Shown: piece after piece, positions 24,916-38,817 of the stretch
Numbering within the stretch: the first letter of the stretch is position 1
How the letters are laid out: every line of letters starts with the position of its first letter
NCBI GenBank assembly: GCA_024137785.1
Contig: JAHRHZ010000111.1
Location: 4,855,380 to 4,919,379, forward strand
Direction of reading: 5' to 3'
Length of the DNA stretch: 64,000 bases
DNA from: Ginglymostoma cirratum
Taxonomy: Eukaryota
Position numbers and translations under genes: made by a program
The notes under the pieces: model-generated
What the model was told of the DNA's origin: nothing
Seen by the model: the letters and a program-made list of their open reading frames with translations, nothing else
The model's database searches: none

Positions 24916-27621
24916 ATTACATCAAAAAGAGAATGCCTGCTGCATCCCGACTCCCTTCCCATCAAAGGCCAACATCGACCATTTCACTATCTGTTGGATT
25001 TATTAGAGTCCATTGTCTTACCTACACGACAAATGATACAGCAATATCCTCCTCACCCTACAGTATCTTTGAAAGTTCCAGATGTGATCTGTTGCTTGTT
25101 TTCAGCATTTGTCTCCTTTTAAGTCATTGCTGATAACTTCTGCATCACTGAGATGACAATGTTAGTTTAGCTGCCACCAATGGTGTGATGCAATCTGCCT
25201 TTGACCACCAATTAAATCCTAAGCACCTTCACTCTGCACGAATTGCTGATGGACAAAGAAATGTTTGCAAATGAGACATAAGTGGATTTTGCAAAACCAT
25301 GCTTCACATATTTGCCTTTGCAATGTTCAATATCCAGCAGACATGAATCTGGTGCTTTTGCCCATCCGAGTGACTCTGACTCCCCTAACCTTAAGTGTTG
25401 TGCCAGCCATTTTTCAGCACATTTCACATCTAGAGAATAGCAAGTAATGACAGAGGATGCAGCTTGCAGTGGGCACCATCAATTCCGGATTCTGCTGGTC
25501 ACCAGTTCCTAGAGACTTCACATGCCCTATTACCTCGCACTATCCTGACAGACCACTTTCACCCACCCCACTATGTATGGAGATTCACCATGTTGAACTT
25601 TGCCTCCAACTGACCACATTGCCCCCGAACCCTGACAGTACACCTTAAGGGTGCCTGGCTTGTTCCTCTATGCTCTATCTGTGTCTTTGTCCAAACCTCT
25701 ACAAGTGAATCTGTGCTCCCCCCCAATGTTGATTCTCAACCCATTTTGCTTGTGATCCCCTTGCTTCTCCTGTAGGCTTTCCTTGCACCTTCGCTAATGA
25801 TCAACAGACAGACCCCCAGGACGACACTCGCTTCAGACTGATTTTGACAAGCAGCCCCTAGACATGACTGATCAGACCTTTGACCACGTTGTTTACATCT
25901 GCAGACTAACAATGTGCAATTCCCATAATTACTGCTACAGGCCCCATGATATCATCATTTGAAGGCTGCAGTTGGGCAGCTAGAGTCATAGACTCATAAA
26001 ATGTGGAGCCTTGAATGTAAAATTTTCAAGCTGAGAGCTAACTATAGGCAATCTCCTGGACTGTAGGTGCACAACGCCCCTGGTTGACAGTACTAAAACC
26101 CCCTGACTCCCTTGCCTGGCATGAGAACTGGCCCTTGCTCCCCAGTTTATGCATAAAAAATGAATAAATGTGCAGTGTGTTTTCCATACGGCACTGGCAC
26201 ATTCTATAAGCATTAAATTGACTTTGCAGTGTGCAGTATGTCAATACCCCCCATCCTTCTGATAGATTCCTGTTTTAAAGCACGACAAGCAGCCTGTCAG
26301 TGTGCCTGTGCAAAAGAGCTCATCAATTCAGCTATATTAGCATGTTTTTGTTTTGGATGAAGCACCAAAGTGTCAATTAGCATGGTAGGCAAGCCATGGC
26401 ATGCATCTAAGTTCTAAGTGAGTGAGCACAAAGGGATCAAAGAAACAGCCTTGTGAATCCATGACATGGTACCTGTCCTCTGCATGCCAAATGTCCCTAC
26501 TGCAGCCTTTCAGTTCTAGTTGCTAGTGCACCCTGCAACATGACCCTGTGTTTCTTCAATGACCTGTCAGAGTATTGGAGAGGTGCCATGGCTGGTGACC
26601 CTGATGCATGCCCTGAGATACTTTTTGGTGCTGAGCAACATGGACACTCATTGCAGCTAGCGGGGAGCTGAAGTCTCTAAGTACCTGCTCTGACTTCCAT
26701 GTTGAGAATTCTCGACTGATCACTTGTTCAATATGTTTGATAAGATTGGAAGCTGAATATTAATGAAGCAAGTTTTGGCATTGATAAGGTATTTAGCAAG
26801 CTACAAATCCCCCTTAAATGGCAACTCACTGCTGCTTTGTGAGAAATTCACCTGACCACTCGGCAAAAGATAGAACAAGTTGGTCGTGCCCAATTTCGCC
26901 ACAAATTTTACCGTAGCCTATTTCAATAACCTTTCAGATCTGTGACTTTTATTGTCTTTAAACACTTTAAGTCTTTAAATACTTTAAACGCCCTTGTTTA
27001 CCTACCCTACTAAGTCTGGCAACACTGCATCCCTATTTACTCTATCTAAGCTCTGGTATAATAAAGAACTCTCTTTTAAATATCCCTTTCACCTTGTCTG
27101 CTCTAAGGAGAACAATCCAAGTCTCTCCACATGACAAGAGCCCGAATCCCTGGTTTGATTTCTTTTTAGTTAGCATCCAACATCAGAAGGTGTCAGTGAA
27201 GGCATCAGCCATTTTGAAGTGCCAACTGCTGCGTATGAGTGGCTTAGACACCAGCAATTGTTATGATGCAATGAGGACTGTTGGAGACAATGAGTAACAG
27301 TCTTAATAGAATCAGACTTAAGCACAGCTCCTCCTAATACACAATATAATAATGATGACTTTATACTTGTTACATATAAATAGTTGCAAAGCTGAAGTAA
27401 ACAATACCTTGTTTATTACAAAGGATTCTTCTAGTTAGACCAGAACTTTGCTATCCTCGTTCTTACTAGGCCACATGGTGATGAAAGTATGTATACCTAG
27501 AAGATTTTGATGCCAGCACAAACAAAATGATGTTTGGCTTCACTGTATAACACTGACATGTTGATGACAGAGTTTCTCTCTGGATCACATAAGATAGAAA
27601 CTAAGAACTGAAGTAAGAAAC

Positions 27622-28577
27622 TAAGACCATAAAACCATAAGACATAGGAGTGGAAGTAGGGCCATTCGGCCCATCGAGTCCACTCCGCCATTCAATCATG
27701 GCTGATGGGCATTTCAACTCCACTTACCCGCACTCTCCCCGTAGCCCTTGATTCCTTGCGAGATCAAGAATTTATCAATCTCTGCCTTGAAGACATTCAA
27801 CGTCCCGGCCTCCACTGCGCTCCTTGGCAATGAATTCCACAGGCCCACCACTCTCTGGCTGAAGAAATGTCTCCTCATTTCAGTTCTAAATCGACCCTCT
27901 CTAATTCTAAGGCTGTGCCCACGGGTCCCAGTATCCCCACCTAACGGAAACAACTTCCCAGCGTCCACCCTTTCTAAGCCATGCATTATCTTGTAAGTTT
28001 CTATTAGATCTCCCCTCAACCTTCTAAACTCTAATGAATACCATCCCAGGATCCTCAGCCGTTCATCGTATGTTAGGCCTACCATTCCAGGGGTCATCCG
28101 TGTGAATCTCCGCTGGACACTCTCCAGTGCCAGTATGTCCTTCCTGAGGTGTGAGGCCCAAAATTGGACACAATTCTAAATGGGGCCTAACTAGAGCTTT
28201 ATAAAGTCTCAGAAGCACATCACTGCTTTTATATTCCAACCCTCTTGAGATAAATGACAACATTCCATTCGCTTTCTTAATCACAGACTCAACCTGCAAG
28301 TTAACCTTCAGAGAATCCTATACTAGCACTCCCAGATCCCTTTGTACTTCGGCTTTATGAATTTTCTCACCGTTCAGAAAATAGTCCATGCCTGTATTCT
28401 TTTTTCCAAGGTGCAAGACCTCACATTTGCTCACATTGAATTTCATCAGCCATTTCCTGGACCACTCTCCTAAACTGTCTAAATCATTCTGCAGCCTCCC
28501 TACCTCCTCCATACTACCTGCCTGTCCACCCAACTTTGTATCATCGGCAAACTTCACCAGAATGCCCCCAGTCCTGG
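27622..28577 (-). mobile_element. Young 5'-truncated CR1 LINE
   Basis: KFADDTKLGG...KFNVSKCEVLHLG; LYKALVRPHLE; RLRGDLIETYKIM...RVVGLWNSLP; many CpGs retained; (taagacca)n tail; duplicated target agaactgaagtaa. Confidence 0.96.
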
Positions 28578-28944
28578 AGAACTGAAGTAACTAAGAACCG
28601 AAGTAACCTGTAAATAGGGCCAAGGGAGCACAGCTCATTTTCTTCACTAAGTAACTTTTTTTTATGCCAATGAGACAGCTTCATAGCCACATTTCCTAAA
28701 GCTGGCTTTATATCCTTAGCTATTTGCAACTTAGTTCAGATTCTTAAAATGATGCAGTAATATTTAAACTCATTTTTTTTGGATTATCGGTGCAGATTTC
28801 CAGACTAATAGCCCAGTAATGCGATGGCTGTGCTGCTGAAATCTTCTGTGTTAGAAGCAGCCATTCTGTGATGTGATCTAAATCATTGAAATCCTGAATA
28901 AAAAATTCTCTTGACAAATCCGATGCTACTTATAACAACTTGCT

Positions 28945-29078
28945 TTTGGAACTCTCTTCCTAAACCTCTCCAACTCCTTATTTCTCCTTCCTCTTTTAAG
29001 ATCTGTTTAAAACCCTAGTCTTTGAGCAGCCTATTGGTCATCTGATCTAATATCTCATCATTTGACATGCTGTATTTT
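28945..29078 (+). mobile_element. L2-like 3' fragment, split by a Penelope insertion (continues at 30421-30490)
   Basis: ctcttcctaaacctctcc...ttaaaaccctagtctttgagcagcc; resumes gctcctgtgaaatgtcttgg...aaaggtgctaca. Confidence 0.55.
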
Positions 29079-29079
29079 G

Positions 29080-30420
29080 TAACAAAAACAAAAATTGCTG
29101 GAGAAACTTAGCAGGTCTGGCAGCATCTGTAAAGGGAGAAACAGAGTAAACATTCCAAGTGCAATATAATTCTTCAGAACTAAAATGAGTTGGAAAATGG
29201 TATATTTTACAACTTTGCCAGAGGCATTTCAGAGAAATTTCTGAAGAAGGGTCTAGGCCCAAAACGTCAGCTTTCCTGCTCCTCTGATGCTGCTTGGCCT
29301 GCTGTGTTCATCCAGCTCTACACCTTGTTATCTAAGATTCTCCAGCATCTGCAGTTCCTGCTATCTCATCTAGTCTGCATTTGGTCTCAGTGATGTAAAA
29401 GAGACTGCATTGTGAGCAGTGAATGCAGTAGACTAGACTGAAAAAGTACAAGTAAATCATTGCTTCACCTGTAAGGTGTGTTTGAGCCTTGGACTGTGAG
29501 AAGTGAGGAGATGAATGGGCAAATGTTACACCTTTAGTAATTGTATGGGAAGGTGCCATAGGGGAGTGAGGAAGCTAATGGAGTGAACTAGTGCATCATT
29601 AGTGGAAACTATCCTATGGAATGCTGACAGTGGAGAAGAGAGGCAAACGTGTTTGGTTGTGGTATTCTTCTGGATCCTTTAAATTTGGAGAGTCCATGGG
29701 GTGGAATGTAGACAAGGGGAACCATATTGATGTTCTGGGATGGAAATAAATGGGTAAAGGCAGAAGTATGGGACATGATCAGAAATGGCAAAGCACCCTG
29801 TTGATCATTGTGGTGAAATGTTCACAGTTGAGAAAAAAGGTCATATCAGAGGTGGTCCACTGGTATTATTGGAACAAATGCAACAGATATGGAGAAAATG
29901 GGAAAATGGAAGGCAATCCTTGCAAGAAGTAGGGTGTGAAGAGATATACTCCAGTTAACTAGATGATTTATCTTGGAATCAATTTTGGTGGACAGTCCCT
30001 CCTCAGAAATGGAAACAGAGAAGTCAAAAAAAGGAAGATAAGATTCAGAGATGGACCAGACGAATGTAAGAGAATGGTAGAAATTGGAAGTAAAACTGAT
30101 GAATTTTCCCAATTCCAGAGAAGAGAGAGAAATGATCTTCAATGTAGTGAGAAAGATTTGTGGATGGCCTAAGTAGGAGTGGAACAAAGAATATTCCACA
30201 TATGCTACAAAGAAGCATAACTGGGATCCACGCAGATACCCCTATCCACACCTTTGCCTTGGACAAAATGAGATGAGTTACAGGAGAAGTTGTTCAAAGT
30301 GAGAATGAGCTCAACTCGACAAGGCAGGGTGGTGATGGATGGGGGCTGTTCAGGCTCTGCTCCAAGAAGAGCCTTCAGACCATCCTGATGGGGGTGGATG
30401 TGTAGAGGTACATGTACTTG
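29080..30420 (-). mobile_element. Old Penelope element (RT, GIY-YIG, terminal repeat)
   Basis: LVYCIHCSQCSLFYITETKCRL (GIY-YIG); FISFTSNFYHSLTFVWSISESYLPFFDFSVSI (PLE RT); terminal repeat at 29080-29180. Confidence 0.88.
29238..29367 (+). mobile_element. Mini-PLE monomer inserted in the older Penelope
   Basis: tttctgaagaagggtctaggcccaaaacgtcag...cagttcctgctatctc. Confidence 0.9.
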
Positions 30421-30879
30421 TGATAGTAATGCTCCTGTGAAATGTCTTGGAATATTCTTTAAGGTAAAGGTGCTACAAAAATATTTGTTACTGATTACGG
30501 TGAATTCTCACAATACGTTTCACGACAATGTTATAGAACAAAACCCGACATTAGGTCTCATAAGCAATATTAGGAAAGATGACCAAAAGCTCGGACAAAG
30601 ATGTATGTTTTAAGTGCCATCAACAAAAATGAAATTCAAGAACATGGACTGTTGCACTTTAGTGTCCTTGCACTCATAAGACCCAACTTAACTTTTGAAA
30701 TCTTCATGTAGAGCTACTCAAGAACAGCTTTGCGGAAACTCCCAATGATGCTTTGTTTAACCCAGGCATTTGTTAATTTTTGTGGCAAGGCCTGCTTCTC
30801 ATTTGATGTTTGCAGAACAGAGCAAAAGCTCCCAGCAACACATTTCAAAATACCAAAAGTATTTTGTGTAGATTTTGCC

Positions 30880-32445
30880 AATTTCAGTTGATGGCTTCAA
30901 GAAAACCAGATGTGAGTGAGTAGCAAAGCGGCCCTATCAGAAGAAATTGAACCCAGCCAATTACTACCCCATCAGTCTCCTTGCAATCAGCATTCTCTCT
31001 AATTACTTCTTTTTCTTCTGTATGACCTCCAATATCCACCCTCAACAATGATTTCCAGAACCAGAAGCCGATGCTGTGATTTGCATCAGCATGCCAATCA
31101 TCATGCATGGAATGTTGGACTGTATGCAGCTATGCAGTTTACAGGAGCATTGCTCATAATCATGAATGATGGAAGATGCCATCAACATTGCTACGCCACA
31201 GCATTTGCTTAGCAATAACCTGTTTACCGATGCTCAGTTTGGGTTCCACCAAGCCCACTCAGCTCCTAACCTTATTACAGCCTTAGTCTGAATACAGAAG
31301 ATAGAGGTGAACTTACGAGGGGAAATGAGGGTTTCGATCCTTGATATCAAGGCTGCGTTTGACCAAGTGTGGCATTAAGGAGCCCTAGCAAATTTGAAGT
31401 CAATGGAAATCAGGGGCAAACTCTCTCCTGGTTGTTGTCATACCAAACACAAAGCTTGTGACCTTTGTAGATCAATCATCCCAGCCACAAGATACTGTTG
31501 GAGTTCCTAAGGGTTGTGTCTTTGGCCCAGCCATCCTCAGCTAATTCATCAATGAGGTCCATCATAAGATCAGCAGTGGGGTAATTTGCTGATGAATGCA
31601 CTATGTTCAGCGACACTCACTAATCTTCAGGTATAGAAACAGTCCATGTCCACATGACAGATCTGGACAAAATTGAGGTTTGGGCCACATGAGCTGCTCA
31701 AGTGCCAGGCAATGACTATCTCCAACAATAGTGAATTCAACCATCACCCCTTGACATTCAGTGGTATTAACATAGCTGAATTTCCAACTATCAACATTCT
31801 GGGGGTTACCACTGACCAGAAACTGAACTGGACTAGTCATATAAGGCTGTAACTATAAAGGAAGGTCAGAGGCTGGGAATTTCATGGTGCATAACTCATC
31901 TCCTGAATCGTCAATGCCTGTACACCATGCACAAGATACAAGTTAGGGGTGTTATGGAATACGCCCCACCTGCCTCGATGAGTGCAGCTCCAACAACACT
32001 TGAGAAGCTTGACTCCATTCAGGACACAGCATTCTGCTTTACTGACAACCTACCTAATAATTTCAACCTTTTCTCCCTTCACTGACACACATCGTTGGAA
32101 GTGCATTCCATCTGTAAGACGTACTGCAGCTACTCACCAAAGCTCCTTAGACAGCAACTTCCATTTCTTCAATCTTTACCATCTAGAAGGTCAAGGGCAT
32201 CAGATATATGGGAACACCATCATCTGCAAACTCTCTTCCAAGCCATTCACTATCCTGACCTGGAAATATATTAATGTCTATTCAGTGTTGCTAGGTCAAA
32301 CTCCTGGAACTCCCTCCATAAGACTGTAGTTGTTGTGTACCTACACCAAATGGACTGCAGCAAATTAGGAACTTCTCAAGGGCCATTGGGATGCGCAATA
32401 AATTTTGGCCTAACAAGAAATGTCCACATCTTAAAAACAAATTTT
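30880..32445 (+). mobile_element. Decayed non-LTR retrotransposon RT (CR1/L2 group, Crack/Daphne-like; distinct from the CR1s here)
   Basis: NPANYYPISLL; QHLLSNNLFTDAQFGFHQAHSAPNLITALV; LDIKAAFDQVWH; GVPxGCVFGP; FADE; 3' tail shared with SINE family 2. Confidence 0.85.
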
Positions 32446-34394
32446 CTAAAACCTATTATGTATTATAGCATAGTGAATCAAGTCCAGGATCCAGTGACTT
32501 ATCAGACTAACGAGGCTTATTCATCCACTGCAGTTGTGCCTAACAAATGTAACAGGGATTATTTTCTCTATTGATGTTCCCATTATCATCTGTTTCATCT
32601 TGAACTGGTCTGCAACTGAACTTTTTCCTTTTCCCCTAACCTTCCAGGATACAGTCATTCCTGTTCCAATTTAACTGCTCTTACTAGTTATGAAGTGAAT
32701 CTGCTTTAAAGGAACTTGAGAGCTAGAAGAATTTTTCATTCCAGCCTGTCCCAACATTCTATGTGATCGCAGCTGATCTGCTCCAGCCCCCAACTCCTCT
32801 TTTGCGCCAGCTCATCATAGCCCTCAACACCTCAATATTTCAAAAATCTATTGACTTCCTCTTTAAATACTTTCAGTGGTTTCGCCTGCACAACCTTGGT
32901 ATAATCACTTTGACATTCTACGCAGCATCTTAAATCTACACAAGAAGAACAAACACAGACCACTCCAAAGTTTATGCCTCGCATATCTTACTCTGTTAAT
33001 AAAAATATTTCTCATTTAGAGAAAACAGCTGACCACATTAACCTGATCCAATTGGAAAACTGTATCTCAACATTTCCTCCATACTCAATTTGTAATCACG
33101 GACAGTGAGGGAGATGAGGAATGCTGAGGAATTCTGTAAATGTTGACACAAAGGTCAAGGTGATTGATATTTCAAGTTTTTTTGGTTTGGCAAGGGAAAG
33201 TTTCTGTCGCAGCTCAATTGAAGAATAGGAGCTATGCTGATAGAAGGTTGGTGAGATGGGGAGTTAAATATTAAACGTCCCTAATGTCAGGACACCTTGT
33301 ACTGACTAATGATTAAAGCAAGCTGTATGCAAATAAACTCAGTGACACAACCATATTTCACCCCTTCGGCAGTATTTAGCCTCTGACTTCTTTTGTGCCT
33401 CTTTAATAATGCATAGCTGTCCCAATATAAATTTGAGCAATGGCCCTGACACAGTAAAAACCAGGCAGTAAAATAGATTTATATTCAAGGGGCTGGAAAA
33501 ACAAAATGCATATTTGGCCGAGAAATTAGATTAAGGTAAATAGAAATTGCCTTTAGGATCCAAAAATATTCTAATGGAATTTTTTTTAATAATTAACAGT
33601 GACTGTACCAATAAAGGATTTTCACTTGGATTTATAATTGACACAGAACCTTAATTATCCAGAGGTGAAATATTGTATAAATTAAATTTTAGTCATCAAA
33701 AATGTAATTTTTGCATCATAAAATTAATATTAGAAACTGCCATTCAAATCATTCTCTCAGGAATTAGGACCCTTTGGGAGTCAAACCTTAAAATCTGACA
33801 TGTTTTAAATGTAATAAGAGATCATTTTAAAGAAAATTTTCTCAGTGGGTCATATGTTCTTGTAGAAAGGCCATATTTAATTTGTTAACAATTATCATAA
33901 AATTCAATACTCAAATTTGCCTCTCTCATACGTATGTATTTCCAGATATATATTGAATTTTTGAACAATGCTAATCTTGTGCACATTGCTGCTTCATACA
34001 CGATTCTGTTCATCTGCCATTGCCCATTTCTTGTGGGATCTCCTCATCCAATCTGGCAGAGAAATGGCAGCAGTGTAGAGTCAGAGGAAGAAAGATCACG
34101 ACCTCCAGGTTTTATTGAAGTTGCTGCTGTATAATAACATTACTGGTCCAGTGTGAATGTTAGTGAATGAATGTGTGAGTGGTTGAGTAATAGGTAGCTC
34201 AGCAGAGTCGGCAAGGTGGGTATTGGGTGAAAAATTCTCTGAGGAGTTGGGAAATAATCTTGTGGTCAGGAGATAATAGTTGGGCTTTTTCGGAGGGAAA
34301 GGTAGTCAGGTGGTTAAGGAGAAATTCAGTTTGGGGAGCCAGTCAGGTTGGATTGAGGTGACTGTTAGAAAATTGGAATTAGGACTAGTTTCAA

Positions 34395-35320
34395 TTCCTA
34401 AACTTGGGAATTGAGGCGAGTGCAGGAACAGAGGGACATAGGGGCTCACATGCATGATTCTCTAAGGTGACCAGGCAAGTTGAAACAGCTGTTAAGAAGG
34501 CCTGTAGGATCATTGGGTTTGTAAATAGAGGCATAGAGTATTAAAACAAAGATATGATGCTACACCTCTGCAAATCACTGGTTAGAGAAGATTAAGAGGT
34601 GACCTTATTGAGGTGTTGAAAATTATGAACAAATTTTTCAAACAAAGTTTTCACTAGCAGGTAAGTCAGTAACTAAAGGTCATAATTTCAAGATTATTAG
34701 CAAGAGAGCTAGGAGTGAGATGAAGAGAAGCTTCTTTACTCAGAGTTATTAGAATTTGGAATGCGCTGCCTGGGAGAGTGTTCGAAGAAGATTCCTTGGT
34801 AAGTTTCAAACGTGAGCTGGATATATATTTGAAAGTGATGAAGTTAGAGGGCTACAGATTTTGCATCTGGAGACTGCGGATGAGTTTAGTAGCTCTTTTG
34901 GGAGCTGGTACAAACACTATGCATTGAATGGTCTCTTTCTGAACTGTAAAACTCTATGATTTTGATGAAATGTAATGTCTCAATATTGGCAGATGACACA
35001 ATGCTGGGTGGAAGGGTGAGATGTGAAGCGGATGCAATAATGTTATGGTGGTTCAATGGTTAGCACTGATGCCTCATAGCACCACGGACCTGGGTTCAGT
35101 TCCACCCTCGGGTGACAGTCTGTGTGGAGATTGCACATTCTCCTTGTACCTGCAAGGTAGATATAGCTCTTCTGGCTAAAGGGATCAAGAGATGTGGCAT
35201 GAGAGTAGGAATAAGGTATCGAGCTTGATGATCAGCTATGGTCATATTGAATGGCAGAGCAAGCTTGAGAGGTTGAATGGCCTATTCCTGCTCCTACCTT
35301 CCATGTTACTATCTTTATAT
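34395..35320 (+). mobile_element. CR1 fragments with an embedded HE1-SINE head (about 35040-35155)
   Basis: agagggacatagggg, aatagaggcatagagta, agaagattaagaggtgaccttattgagg, tggaatgcgctgcctgg, gcagatgacacaatgctgggtgg. Confidence 0.8.
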
Positions 35321-36629
35321 GTTTATTTCATTCTCAATTTGGTCCTTTTCACACATTTTTTCAACTTAAATGTTGGTAATGCTCTTGAAGGCCTCTGAGT
35401 GGGAACACCTCTATTCTATGCAGGCAGTCCTTGCCACCATTCACTCCCAATGAGTGAATACCACGAAGACTGGATGGTTCCATGAGTAAATTCCATTCTC
35501 AGTTTAGTACTTAACTATATTGAGGAAGATATTGCATTTAATCCCGAGTCTATGCCAATCTCATCTGAGGGACACTTGGACTGGAGAGGGTAATAATCCA
35601 ATTTGAGATCCCTCTCTCTGTTTTTGTCCACTGTTATCCAGAAGTTGCATGAATATGGATACCAAATTAAGAGAGGGACAGAAATAGCTTCTAAATGCAC
35701 TGAAACACTGTGAAAAGGATGGTGTCGTTAGAGATTATTTCAAACAGAATGAATCTTTCTAGAGATTCTTCAAGTCTCTCAGAACTACAATAAACCCCAG
35801 GTAATTGTTGCCAGAGGGACCAGCAACATCAGAAACAACGCCCCCACTTTATGGAGGATATTTCATCCTACAATTTAAGGATTGCCCTACCCACAAGGTA
35901 TGTACTGGGCTATTCCTGTACTACTGAAAGAAGAGACCTTCAATTTCATTTGGCACCATGAATGACCATCAATATTAGGTACCAAATTGGGCACCTTTGA
36001 AACATTAATTATAATTATCAGTCAGTGGCCACACTAGAAAGAAAGAAATGTACTTACATAACACTTTTCATGACCATCATCAGATGCCTCAAAGCTCCTG
36101 ACAAACAATGAAGGGTACTAATTAAGTTGTTGTTCTATGTAAGTTCTCTTCCCAGTATAATACTGAGCCATATAGGACCTGGACTGGTCAGTGCTAAGTT
36201 CAGACAGAGGGACACTTGAGTATTGTATTTGGTGCCTGCTAGTGGAAACACCAGGGAACATAGAAACCAAAGAGGAACAGAGAAACACCAAAGAAACCAG
36301 ACCAAAGACATGGGGGAACAAAAATCAAGTTACTTGTGTCTTCATTCTTTACTCAGTATTCCTGGCTCAGAACTCAATGTTTTCCTTTACTTTTGTAATT
36401 TGTAATAAATCTGCGTCCACCTCTTTGTCAGGCATTGCACTCTAGCTCATCATACCTTGATGCATAAAGACATTTCTTCCCCCCTCACTTCTGGTTCTTT
36501 TTTCAACAGCGCTGTTTACATCTCCAGTAATTGACCTTCCTGTCCATAGAAAGCACCTCCCCCTGTTTACTCAAATAAAAAAGCTTCTTGTTTCACTGGG
36601 ATGAATCTGAGAAAGAAGAAACAAATTGA

Positions 36630-37035
36630 TATTTATTTGTCGCCTTTCACATCCTCAGTTCTGTACATCCATAGAAACCCTTTTAAAGTAGTGATTCTCA
36701 TAATTTTAAAAATGCAGCAGTCAATTTGTGCACAGCAAGCTCCCATTAAACAATGAAATGAAGGACTAACAAATCTGCTTTTCCACGAATATTTGTTGAG
36801 AGATAAACATTGATCAGGACCTGGGGAGAACGCTCTTGTTCTTCTTTGAAATGGTATAGTAGACCCTTCACAACCACCTGAGAGGGCAGTTAACTTAACA
36901 TCTTGAATCAGCGTGCAGCACTCCATCAATACTGCGCGGAAATATTAGTGCAATCATTTCATACTTGGCACTGAAGTCAGTTTCTAAATTTATAGTCTTC
37001 TACCTCCAGGCAAGTGTACTAACACTGAGCCATGA
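36630..37035 (-). mobile_element. Deu-domain/SacSINE-like tRNA SINE
   Basis: tRNA head (gtactaacactgagcca, reverse complement); central caatttgtgcacagcaagctccca; L2-like tail (gcctttcacatcctcag). Confidence 0.65.
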
Positions 37036-38817
37036 TTGACACTGAAGGAAATAGGAAGGTTTCAGTCTTCATAATGTTTTGGAAATATCATGTAATTTAG
37101 TCCAGTACAATCCCTTCTCGAGTTGCCTTTGATTGAAACCAAGCGCAAGAGTTGAGTTTTTGTGATGCCATTTGATCAAAAGACTGGAGTTCACTCAATG
37201 AATGTTTTTAAAGATGATAAGTAGTATCAAATCTCATTAAAGTCTCTAACTTATTCATCAGCTTTGCTGACCAATTTGTTACTTCAAATCAATGGGTGAC
37301 CTAAGCTCCTGTTGTTACTGCTGTTCACAGGTAGATAGAATTTGATTTTTAACTGAACAGAGGCAGGGCAACTTGATTTGAAAGTATTTTTCATGGCTTT
37401 ATCCTTCCTCTGTTTAACAGAGGAAGCATCATGAAGTTTCTGAACATTATCGAACAAAATAAAGAACGTCAGGTATCATGAGATTAAGTTTACTTCAGAA
37501 CCAGCCATCTGAAACCCTTTAAGTCTTTCACTCAAATGAACAAAGACAGCACAATGAAAAGGAAAGAAAGGACATTCTTGTGTCTATCAGTAGTAGATGT
37601 AAAAGCAACTAGATAAATCACAACTGTCTACAACACAAGCTTCAGAATCCATCAAGAGAACTGTAATCTACTTCAGAAACTAACCCCAAATTCACTCTGC
37701 ACAAATTCAAAGATGAAATGTAATTCACAGCCATTGAAAGCTGTTCCCAAAGCCTAATGAAATAATGCTCACTTGAATCCGATACCTTTCAGAAGCTGAA
37801 TCAAATGAGCAATTCTCCCAATAGTATTCTCAATCCCCTACCCCCCTACCCCAACCCTTTACAAATCCCAGTTGGTCTGATGAGAACAATCTATCCAGTC
37901 TAGGAATCTGACAATACAGCAGCTGATCAGGGAACCATGAAATAGGGCAAACAACAAAAATAGTCACCAGATACTGCTTGAGAAGCAAGAGAAATCCTTC
38001 ATCTTTGGTGTGGAAACAGCAACCATTTGAACTAGTAATAACTATTTGCAACAAAATAGGGGAAAGTTTTCCCAAAGCCCAATAGAGTAGCTATTATCAG
38101 CCAGCATTTCCCACCAGCTCAATACATATGAAAATGGGAATGTGTGAGTCATTCATAACCACTTCATCCCCAAAAAAAACATGTTCTGCAATTCAATTAA
38201 ATGATATCTGATCTGTATCATGACATCATAGTTTCTGTAAACATTAATATCTTTGCCCAGCAAAAGTTAATAAATCTAAGTTTTGACATTTTTAATTGGT
38301 TCCATGATGAGAGAGGTCCAAATCTGCATACCACTTTGTGTGAATAAATGCTTCCTGACATTATGCCTGAACCACCCAGCTCCAGTTTTAATAATATGCC
38401 CACCCAATCTGAATTATGTCTCAGAAAGAAGAAATATTTTTCTCTTTGACTAGCCTATAACATGCTTTAATCATCATCAACATCTTGATTAGATCACAAA
38501 TTAATCTTCATTAGTGAAGGAAATGCTTGTGATAGGGTTAGTCAACACATCATGTCCTCCCATTTAACCCTTTTGACAATTACAGGACAACATGTCATGA
38601 TGACACTTTGAGAAAGTCTTATTTTTTACTAAAGGTGCATGTCAAGTTTCTTTGGGCACTTCTATGAGGACAGAACTGATAAATATAGGTCTGGAGCTTG
38701 CTTCAATCATGGTTTCTATCCAGACTGCGCAAATAGCTACTCCTGCATCTGTATACAAGTTAAGACACATGTCTGAATCCTCCAATTATGTCCATGTCAC
38801 AGTATTGTTAATGTGGG

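Noticed and set aside
37400-37478. Possible 52-nt exon (ttcctctgtttaacag|...cag|gtatca; GSIMKFLNIIEQNKERQ)
   Set aside because: Weak donor, isolated, peptide not recognised; needs RNA-seq
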